Source: Nitrososphaerota archaeon
GTDB taxonomy: Archaea; Thermoproteota; Nitrososphaeria_A; Caldarchaeales; Caldarchaeaceae
Assembly: GCA_041641305.1 (NCBI GenBank)
Contig: JBEPYN010000001.1
Location: 448,001 to 512,000, forward strand
Length of the DNA: 64,000 nt
Direction of reading: 5' to 3'
The notes under the pieces were generated by a model, which saw nothing but the letters and a program-made list of their open reading frames with translations, was not told where the DNA came from and made no database searches. Made by a program: the position numbers and the translations under genes. Positions 56,792-64,000 of this stretch are shown here, piece after piece (position 1 is the stretch's first letter; every line of letters starts with the position of its first letter).

Positions 56792-58012
56792 TTGGGTAAA
56801 TATGTTGTCAAGCTTGGTGGGTCGGTTCTCGCCGATGAGGTGAGCATTGAGCGGGCTGCTTCTTGGATAAAGGGTCTCGTGGAGAAGGGTAATAGGGTGG
56901 TGGTCGTGGTCTCTGCTCTCAAGGGTGTTACGGATGAGCTTCTCCGCAGCGCCCAGAGGCTACATCCCGACGCGCCTCCGGAAATGCTTGACGAAATCTT
57001 GGCCATGGGTGAGAGAACGAGTGCGAGGCTCTTCATACTCGCTCTCAGGAGACAGGGTGTCGACAGCGTTTTGGTCGACCCCGCTTCACCCCACTGGCCC
57101 ATTATCACGAACAACCAGCATCTCGACGCCACACCCATCCTCGAAACATGCAGACAAAAAGTCTCAGAGGGCCTCGCCAAGCTCGTTGAACAGGGTAAAG
57201 TCCCCGTCGTATGCGGATACGTAGGTGTCACGGTCGACGGCAAAATCACAACCATGGGCCGCGGAGGCAGCGACACGACAGCCGTCGTGCTCGCCAATTG
57301 TCTCGACGCTGACGAGGTCATACTGGTAAAAGACGTTTCAGGAGTATATTCAACAGACCCGCGTAAAGATGCTGAGGCACAGGTGCTTGAAGTGTTGACA
57401 GCAGACGAGGTTTTCCGCCTAAGCAAAGGCGGCGCCAAAGTGATACACGCTAAAGCACTCCTCTACCTCCATCCACGGGGGAAAATAAGAATCGGCTCCC
57501 TTGACACTCTCGAAACAACAGGAACACTCATCCTCGGCTCAGACATCCCCCGGCTCAGCGTCGCCGTAGATGACACAAACGTCACCATGGTCACAATAAT
57601 CGGAGAATCGATGGGCGAACCCTCCAAGATAGCCGCCGCGGTCAAAGCCGTTGAAAGCGCTGGCGGAAAGCTCGCCGCAGCCTCGGTAGAAGAAGAATCG
57701 CTGATACTCTATCTCCGTGGGGACGGAGAGATAGTTGAGAAGCTTCACGACTACTTTGTCCAGAACAGGTTGGGAAAAGCTGTGAGCCACTTTCCCAACC
57801 TCAGTATGATAAAGATCTATGGGGCCATGCTTGAGCTTGTTCCCGGCGTTGTCTTCAAAGCTGTGCAGCCACTCGCCACACAAGGGGTTAACCTCTTCGG
57901 GGTTCTGACGATAAGCTCATCCATCCGCATCTTCGTCTCAACAAAGGATGTCGAAAAAGCTCTCCACCTAATCAAAAACAATCTATCCGAATACATGACC
58001 CCGGAGACATAA
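56792..58012 (+). CDS. lysC: Aspartate kinase
   Basis: VVKLGGS, VVSALKGVTDEL, TMGRGGSDTTA, DVSGVYSTDPR, ACT domains. Confidence 0.93.
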   Translation: MGKYVVKLGGSVLADEVSIERAASWIKGLVEKGNRVVVVVSALKGVTDELLRSAQRLHPDAPPEMLDEILAMGERTSARLFILALRRQGVDSVLVDPASPHWPIITNNQHLDATPILETCRQKVSEGLAKLVEQGKVPVVCGYVGVTVDGKITTMGRGGSDTTAVVLANCLDADEVILVKDVSGVYSTDPRKDAEAQVLEVLTADEVFRLSKGGAKVIHAKALLYLHPRGKIRIGSLDTLETTGTLILGSDIPRLSVAVDDTNVTMVTIIGESMGEPSKIAAAVKAVESAGGKLAAASVEEESLILYLRGDGEIVEKLHDYFVQNRLGKAVSHFPNLSMIKIYGAMLELVPGVVFKAVQPLATQGVNLFGVLTISSSIRIFVSTKDVEKALHLIKNNLSEYMTPET

Positions 58013-58014
58013 GC

Positions 58015-58935
58015 CTACTCGAATTCCTCCAGAAGCGCCAGCACAAGCAGAGGCAGTGCAACCGTGGCATCCGTTTTCACGAAGACATGACGCCCCTTTG
58101 ACGAGATTTTATGCCATGTAATTGCTTCCTTTGGCCTCGCCCCGCTCAGGCTGCCGTCATATTCATCAGCCGTTGAGATGTAAACCGCTGTGTCAAGCCC
58201 CTCTCCACCGAACTGAGACCACCATAGAAGATGATGCTTCGATATTCCTCCACCAAGTATAAGCCCCGCTTTTCGGCGGCTACTCCACATCATCTCGTTG
58301 AGCAGGTCCTGGTCTCTTTCATACTGCAGCCTAATTCCCATACTTCTTCCACGAAGCCACATCTGATATCCAAAGGCGCCGTCAAAAATTCCCGGAACCA
58401 TGACGGGAACCCTGTGTCTATAACACCAGTAAAGCCATGAGTTTTCGGAGCCCAGCCTCTCCCCAACTCTCCACAAAACCTCATACACAGGAAGATCTGC
58501 TCCGGAGCCAAGCATGGTTACAAGGTCTGCGACCTCGCGCTCAACCACCAGACCATAGCTTGACTGGTCGATGTAGACGTTGCCGAGACGGTGGATGTTT
58601 TTCTCGGCCAACTCCCAGTCATCGGCGTCAAAGCTGCCAACCATGTACCGTGACCTTGTGCGGGCGATGTCGTGGTCCACGGCCCCGCACGTTGTAAACA
58701 CCAAGTCAAACCATTTTCTCCGCAGCATCTCCACAAGAACCCCGCGGAGACCTGTCGCCACGAGGTTGCCTGTAAAAGAGACCATCCTCAAACATTCTCG
58801 TTCGGATAACATGTCTCTGAGAAGCTGACATGCCTCAGCGAGATGAGCCCCCATGAACCCGCCCATCCTACCCATCATGCGCAGAAGCTCCGCCGCCGAA
58901 CACCCCTTCACCAGCTTCACATCCTCAACATACAT
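58015..58935 (-). CDS. dys: Deoxyhypusine synthase
   Basis: SFTGNLVATGLRG, IHRLGNV, ILGGGISKHH, DGSLSGARPKEAITWHK, DATVALP; start set at ATG 58935. Confidence 0.92.
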   Translation of the reverse strand: MYVEDVKLVKGCSAAELLRMMGRMGGFMGAHLAEACQLLRDMLSERECLRMVSFTGNLVATGLRGVLVEMLRRKWFDLVFTTCGAVDHDIARTRSRYMVGSFDADDWELAEKNIHRLGNVYIDQSSYGLVVEREVADLVTMLGSGADLPVYEVLWRVGERLGSENSWLYWCYRHRVPVMVPGIFDGAFGYQMWLRGRSMGIRLQYERDQDLLNEMMWSSRRKAGLILGGGISKHHLLWWSQFGGEGLDTAVYISTADEYDGSLSGARPKEAITWHKISSKGRHVFVKTDATVALPLLVLALLEEFE

Positions 58936-59007
58936 AGATGTATCCGCTGAATCGCCGGCTATAAACCCGCGAAACAATTAAGAAACCCCAATCACACAAC
59001 CGTTTAC

Positions 59008-59250
59008 ATGACACTTGTAGGGATTTTTCTTGCTGTTGTGGGCGGCCTGCTGACTGCCGGCGGGTTCTGGCTATGCTGGGACGTTTACAAGACACAGCAA
59101 TACGAGGGAGGCGGAGCCGAGACCCCATTCCCACTCCCCTTTTTCTCAAAATATCTCAAACGCGACGCAGCCTTCGACCTCGGCGTCTCCATGGGCGTAT
59201 CCGGATACCTCCTAGGACTATTGGGCGTCCTCTTCTTCTGTCAAACATAA
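59008..59250 (+). CDS. Small two-TM membrane protein
   Basis: Two hydrophobic segments; fits intergenic space. Confidence 0.6.
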   Translation: MTLVGIFLAVVGGLLTAGGFWLCWDVYKTQQYEGGGAETPFPLPFFSKYLKRDAAFDLGVSMGVSGYLLGLLGVLFFCQT

Positions 59251-59294
59251 AAGGTGGATAAATCAACAAAACCTAGGAAAATAGAGGAAAAGAA

Positions 59295-60548
59295 ATGGAG
59301 ATAACTTTTCTAGGAGGATGCCTAGAGGTTGGTAGGTCAGCGATACTAGTCAGCTACAAAAACACTAGGATTCTTCTCGACTATGGGGTCATGCTCAACG
59401 ACCATCCCGAGTTCCCTATGCCGGTCGAAACAAAGAAGCTCAACGCAATAATCCTTACTCACGCACATCTCGACCACTCAGGCGGAATCCCCATGCTCTA
59501 CATTAACAGAAACCCAAAACTCTACACAACATCTATGACGATAGACACTGCGACGCTTCTCGTAAAAGATTTCATAAAACTCTCCGGACAACATCTCCTC
59601 TTTGAACACCAAGAGCTGGAAAAAATGCTGCGAAACACGCGAACCGCATACTATCGTGAACCCTTCACAGTCGGCGACCTTGAAATAGAGCTAATAGACG
59701 CCGGCCACATTCCTGGAAGCGCCCAAATACTGGTGAACGGTGACAAAACGCTCGTTTACACAGGCGACTTCACAACTGTAAAAACGCGGATGCTTGACGG
59801 AGCTGACACAACAATAGGTGACGTGGACGCAGTAATAATAGAATCGACCTATGCACACGAGGATCATCAGCCGCGGCCTGAGCTGGAGAAAGACTTTGTC
59901 AAAGCCTGTCGTGAGGTGGTGGAAAATGGTGGAAGAGTCTTGGTGCCAGCTTTCTCCGTGGGCCGTTCGCAGGAGATACTTTGCATACTCGCCGCCCACA
60001 ACTTCCCCCACCCCATCTGGCTCGACGGCATGGCGAAGAAAGCACTAGAATCATATTTGTCGGATAAGAGGTTCGTGGACAACGCAGACATTCTCGAAAA
60101 AGCCAGCAGAAAAACACGTTTCGTAAAAGGACGCAGAGGAAGAGAGACAGCGCTCTCGGAGCCGGGTGTGATCGTGACACCTGCAGGCATGCTGAAGGGA
60201 GGCCCTGCTCTCTACTACGCACCGGAGATAGTTGAGGACGAGAAGTCGGCGATCTTCCTCGCAAGCTTCCAGATACCGGGGACACCTGGTGAAATTCTCC
60301 TCAACCAAGGGAGACTAGTAGTCGACGACCTGGACAAGCCAGCCAACTGCATCGTCAAACAGTTCAGGTTCTCTGGACACGCGGGCAGATCACAGCTACA
60401 CGACTACCTGAAAAAAATCGAGACAAACGCCAAAGTCTTCACGGTCCACGGCGAGCCTGAGATGTGCAAAACCCTCTCAACATGGGCCCAGCAAGAACTG
60501 GGGCTCGAAGCCACAGCCCCCCAAATCAACGAAACAGTCACCCTTTAG
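59295..60548 (+). CDS. MBL/beta-CASP ribonuclease (aCPSF2-like, no KH domains)
   Basis: GGCLEVGRS, THAHLDHSG, AGHIPGS, ESTY, PAFSVGRSQE, FSGHAG, VHGE. Confidence 0.9.
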   Translation: MEITFLGGCLEVGRSAILVSYKNTRILLDYGVMLNDHPEFPMPVETKKLNAIILTHAHLDHSGGIPMLYINRNPKLYTTSMTIDTATLLVKDFIKLSGQHLLFEHQELEKMLRNTRTAYYREPFTVGDLEIELIDAGHIPGSAQILVNGDKTLVYTGDFTTVKTRMLDGADTTIGDVDAVIIESTYAHEDHQPRPELEKDFVKACREVVENGGRVLVPAFSVGRSQEILCILAAHNFPHPIWLDGMAKKALESYLSDKRFVDNADILEKASRKTRFVKGRRGRETALSEPGVIVTPAGMLKGGPALYYAPEIVEDEKSAIFLASFQIPGTPGEILLNQGRLVVDDLDKPANCIVKQFRFSGHAGRSQLHDYLKKIETNAKVFTVHGEPEMCKTLSTWAQQELGLEATAPQINETVTL

Positions 60549-60592
60549 CCAGAAAATCCTTTAAATAAATCGCCTACCACCAATACAAACGC

Positions 60593-60666
60593 GCGGCGGT
60601 CGTCTAGCCTGGTAGGACACCAGCCTGCCACGCTGGGAGTCGCGGGTTCAAATCCCGCCCGCCGCA
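60593..60666 (+). tRNA. tRNA-Gly(GCC), CCA not encoded
   Basis: Acceptor GCGGCGG/CCGCCGC-A, anticodon arm CCAGC-CTGCCAC-GCTGG, GGTTCAAATCC; TATA TTTAAATA at 60560. Confidence 0.97.
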
Positions 60667-60685
60667 CGCAAACACTTTTGAGAAG

Positions 60686-62065
60686 GTGTTTTGTGGTTTG
60701 ACCGGTTTGAGGGCTTCGGCTGTTCTGCTATTGATAGGGTTATCGTTTTTGTTGGTTGCGGGTGTTGAGGGGTTGTCGCCGCCTCGGCTGATCGAGGTTG
60801 GGTTCAGCGGCACCGTTTCACGTGTCGACTCGGACGGCGCCTCGGTTGTTGCGTTGGCTTTCAGCGACAAAGATGTGCTGGGTCTATACTATGAGGAGAT
60901 TGGGTCGTATGTAGAGGTTGAGGTTGGGGCTCCTGTTGTGATGACTGTTTTTTCCAAGAACGTTGCTGCAGCACTTCTCCAAGGCGGTGAAAGAATCGCT
61001 CTAATCGACTTAGTTTCGAAAAAAGTTGACACCTTGGATTTGGAAGCTTCTGCCTCGGCACTGGCGGCTGACGAGACAGGTGTGTATGTTGTTTATCCAC
61101 GGATTGGACGTGTTGGGAAGCTCGACCCGACGTCGAGGCAGTTTGTGGCCAGTTGGGATATCCGTGTTGCCGATAATGTTAAAGGTGTGTCAGCCGCCGG
61201 CGGATTATTTTACGGTCTCTCCGAATCTCTTGATGAGCTTGTCATACTGGGAAACGGTGTATCACGTGTGAGACTGGATGGTTTAGGCTCGATTGTCAGA
61301 GCCTCTAAACAGGTGGTCTGGGTTGTCAGAAACGACGACACCATTCTACGGGTCGTCGGTTCATCGGTCACCTCGAGAACCGCCTTACCGAGAGCCACAT
61401 TCGTCACAGAGGCCGCTGCTATGGCTGATAAGCTTGTTTATGTAAGCATTTCTCGCAGGGTTGTTGGTGTCGTCGACCATACAGGTTTCAGAGAGAGTAG
61501 GCTAACTGAACAGGTTCCAGTCTCGGTGGCTGCATCAAGCGGTGGCCGGATATGGTTTCTCGACGGGCAGAGCAACAAGCTATACCTCTTGTTCGACTCG
61601 GTGCCTCCGGTAATTTTGGAAAAGAAGCTGGAAACCTCCGCCGACCGCTCGACAACTATCAGGGTCAGGGCCACTGACCCCGACAACGACCTTGACAAAG
61701 TCGTGATGCAGCTATACGAGTACCAGGGCACTTTCCCGCTTGACCCACGCACAATCTCCATGGATGTTGTGGAGGGGGTTTGGGTGGCTGTTTATCGCCC
61801 AGGCGAAGCAGTGACAAGGGCCGAGTTTTTCGTCAACGCAACAGACAAGGCGGGCAACAGCGTGTTCGAGAAAGTAGGTGAAGCCGACTACAGAAGCTCT
61901 CCGACAAGTGTCCAAGTAACGGTTATCCAAACCACTGCTCCACCGAACCAAGCCGCCGCACCCCTACTATTCGCTGAACTGCTCCTCCTCATCCCGCTAA
62001 TACTCGTAGCCACGTTGTTTGTCTTTGCGAGAAGAGGTAGACGAAAGAGACCTAAGAAGAGATAG
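60686..62065 (+). CDS. Secreted, C-terminally anchored beta-propeller-like surface protein
   Basis: Signal peptide, repeated beta-rich blades (GRIWF, VVWVV), Ig-like ATDKAGN, Thr-rich linker, TM and basic tail. Confidence 0.7.
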   Translation: MFCGLTGLRASAVLLLIGLSFLLVAGVEGLSPPRLIEVGFSGTVSRVDSDGASVVALAFSDKDVLGLYYEEIGSYVEVEVGAPVVMTVFSKNVAAALLQGGERIALIDLVSKKVDTLDLEASASALAADETGVYVVYPRIGRVGKLDPTSRQFVASWDIRVADNVKGVSAAGGLFYGLSESLDELVILGNGVSRVRLDGLGSIVRASKQVVWVVRNDDTILRVVGSSVTSRTALPRATFVTEAAAMADKLVYVSISRRVVGVVDHTGFRESRLTEQVPVSVAASSGGRIWFLDGQSNKLYLLFDSVPPVILEKKLETSADRSTTIRVRATDPDNDLDKVVMQLYEYQGTFPLDPRTISMDVVEGVWVAVYRPGEAVTRAEFFVNATDKAGNSVFEKVGEADYRSSPTSVQVTVIQTTAPPNQAAAPLLFAELLLLIPLILVATLFVFARRGRRKRPKKR

Positions 62066-62587
62066 GTCACGTGGCTTGTCTACATCAAAGGCCGTGCCCA
62101 ATTCATAGTATATCTTTGCTGAGGGGTTTTGACGCAGATGTTTGATCAAGCTGTTTGATCCGAAGCATGGGCGATATCCACCCCACATGCTGACGTATAC
62201 GATGTTTGTTCCACGGAGAGTTTTATCCGGGCAGACAACGTATTCGGCGCCTAATTCATGAATCGCCTTCAAGTTTGCGGCTGTTAACATAGGCAAGTCC
62301 GGCAAGATGATGAAGTAACTTGTGGGCCTCAGTGTTTTAATGGCGTGTTCTATAGCCTTGTTCAGCCCACGCCCCGGTTCCACTATCGCGTGTTTGCCCA
62401 GCTTATCTGCGAGGCTACTGTCCGAGGTCACCGCATAGGGCCGCAGACCAGCTTCTAGACATGTTTCCCACACATGGTCAAACATTTTTTCCGCGAGTCT
62501 TCTACGCTGGCTCGTCGAGAGAACAGACGATAACCTTGTCTTCGCTTCCGATAATTTCTTGATTGGCAGAATGGCTGCTTCTTTCAA
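61997..62587 (-). CDS. cofC: 2-phospho-L-lactate/PEP guanylyltransferase
   Basis: PIKKLSEAKTRLS, GLNKAI, PDLPML, GTN, FGSNSL, DVDKPRDL. Confidence 0.88.
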   Translation of the reverse strand: MKEAAILPIKKLSEAKTRLSSVLSTSQRRRLAEKMFDHVWETCLEAGLRPYAVTSDSSLADKLGKHAIVEPGRGLNKAIEHAIKTLRPTSYFIILPDLPMLTAANLKAIHELGAEYVVCPDKTLRGTNIVYVSMWGGYRPCFGSNSLIKHLRQNPSAKIYYELGTAFDVDKPRDLSLLRSLSSTSSRKDKQRGYEY

Positions 62588-63516
62588 CTTCTGTATCCAA
62601 CGGCCTTCAGACAGAATTCTGCAAGCTTTACTCTATCCTCAAAGCGCTCCATGATTGTCCTTGTTGTCAACGGCTTCACTCCCAGAGCCTTGACATCATT
62701 CACCAGCTCCTCGTCAGCAGTGTCGAAAACGAGTATGTCGAGAAAATCGCAGTACATTTCAGCCACTCCGACAGGAGAAGGATCGTGTCCCAAGCTTTTC
62801 ATCAGCTCGGCGGCCGGGCCCCGCAGAGCCTGGCCTCTTACTATGGGTGAGACCGCGAGGATTGTCGCCCCGCTGTTCCTCAGTAAATCTCTCACCCCTG
62901 ATAATGCAAGAATGGGTCCGATGCTTACGACTGGGTTGCTTGGCGGGATAATGATGTACTCGGCTTCGCTGAGTGCGGTGATGACCTCTTTTGTTGGCTT
63001 GGCTTTCTCTATGCCCTGGAAACGTATGCCGCGAGCTAGTATGCTGTGACCGTGTTTGACAAAGTATGTTTGGAAAGGCATTATTCCATTCTCTGTTTCG
63101 ACGATGGTTTTGACGGGGTCGTTGGACATCGGCAGTATTCTCCACCTGACTCCAAGCTTTTCCGCAAGTTCTGCTGTGACCTGTGTAAGTGATGCGCCCT
63201 CGTTTAGCCTATTTGTTCGGTAAAGGTGTATGGCGAGGTCTCTGTCACCTATCTTAAACCATGTCTCGAGACCCAGGCGGCCAAGCATCTCCAGGGTGTT
63301 GAAAGTGTCATCCTTGATGCCCCATCCCTTGACATCGTCGCCGACGCCCGCAAGCTGGTAGAGCATGGTGTCTACATCGGGTGAGACGTATAGTCCGTAG
63401 AATGTTTCGTCATCGGCTGTGTTGACCACCACAGTCCCTATATCGGGATGTATGACGTGGCAGAGGCCTGTGACCAGTTTTGAGCCACCTACTCCTCCCG
63501 CGAGGGCTGTCAACAA
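62584..63516 (-). CDS. cofD: LPPG/EPPG:FO transferase
   Basis: LAGGVGGSKL, NTADD, SPDVDT, IGDRDLAIH, PSNPVVSIGPIL, GPAAELM. Confidence 0.95.
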   Translation of the reverse strand: MLTALAGGVGGSKLVTGLCHVIHPDIGTVVVNTADDETFYGLYVSPDVDTMLYQLAGVGDDVKGWGIKDDTFNTLEMLGRLGLETWFKIGDRDLAIHLYRTNRLNEGASLTQVTAELAEKLGVRWRILPMSNDPVKTIVETENGIMPFQTYFVKHGHSILARGIRFQGIEKAKPTKEVITALSEAEYIIIPPSNPVVSIGPILALSGVRDLLRNSGATILAVSPIVRGQALRGPAAELMKSLGHDPSPVGVAEMYCDFLDILVFDTADEELVNDVKALGVKPLTTRTIMERFEDRVKLAEFCLKAVGYRS

Positions 63517-64000
63517 ACTGGTTCACCCCATCGGTTGAGCGCCGCAACCTCGTGTAACGGTTTTCTTCTTCCCTGTGTCTCTCCTCCTCTCATCCCAATT
63601 TCTACAAGAGCCATAGGCTCGAAGTCCTTCGGCAGCTCCAGCACACGTTTTACCGCATCGGGGGCGAAAAGTGGTGAGCAACGCCAACACGCGCCATAGC
63701 CCAGAGCATGAACAGCGAGGAGAATGTTCTGCACAGCCGCCGCCACGCTTTGAACAGCCATTATATACTCACATCTACTGCGTTTCGCATCCCAGTAAAC
63801 ATCCATCTCACGCATACACAGGCATGCGACGATCAAGTACGCGGCTTTCATGCTTCTGCCGTTGGATGATTCAATTATCTGCCGCGCTTTCTCTTGGTCG
63901 ATGCCGTCTGCCAGGAGGTCGGTGAGCCACTCCTTACCCATCTCCTCGAGAAGCCGCCTCTTCACATCAGGGTCGGAGACCACGACAAACCGCCACGGCT
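63510..64000 (-). CDS. Nitroreductase-fold protein like FbiB C-terminal domain/FbiE (dehydro-F420 reductase), 5' end off window
   Basis: PWRFVVVSDP..LLEEMGKEWLTDLLADG..MAVQSVAAAVQNILLAVHALGYGACW..PLFAPDAVKRVLELP; upstream of cofD-cofC. Confidence 0.75.
   Translation of the reverse strand, partial: PWRFVVVSDPDVKRRLLEEMGKEWLTDLLADGIDQEKARQIIESSNGRSMKAAYLIVACLCMREMDVYWDAKRSRCEYIMAVQSVAAAVQNILLAVHALGYGACWRCSPLFAPDAVKRVLELPKDFEPMALVEIGMRGGETQGRRKPLHEVAALNRWGEPVC

Noticed and set aside
60604-60870. 88-aa minus-strand ORF
   Set aside because: Antisense to tRNA-Gly and the surface-protein gene

Overview
Gene-dense archaeal chromosome segment. Evidence: top6A, Cgi121, deoxyhypusine synthase, A/V-ATPase subunits, TATA-type leaderless promoters and GC-rich tRNAs. 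The gene set is most consistent with a thermophilic Aigarchaeota/Caldarchaeales-like organism (inference, not database-checked). Bases 1-6.5 kb are the edge of a defence island: partial csm2, cas10 (HD and GGDD intact), a 14-repeat/13-spacer CRISPR array transcribed leftward, a divergent cas6, a decayed IS5-family transposase and a split AbrB-like/zinc-finger ORF pair. The rest is mostly housekeeping genes with fragmented operons (argS, sufC, scattered nuoL/M/N-like subunits, top6A, nrdJ, tyrS, ATPase C/H, ilvE, sua5, cgi121, lysC, dys, cofC/cofD) plus tRNA-Asp(GTC) and tRNA-Gly(GCC). Most notable: (i) a half-length deoxyhypusine-hydroxylase-like HEAT protein with two His-Glu motifs about 5 kb from deoxyhypusine synthase; (ii) a direct-repeat-flanked copper cassette encoding a two-domain multicopper oxidase with type-1 Cu motifs in both domains, a NosL-redoxin fusion without nosZ in the window, a Cys-Cys membrane protein and an HTH regulator with a palindromic operator; (iii) an FbiB-C/FbiE-like reductase beside cofD-cofC, suggesting a bacterial-type F420 route; (iv) RFAP synthase/DUF447/DUF1464 pterin genes. 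All calls come from motif reading by eye; no searches were run.
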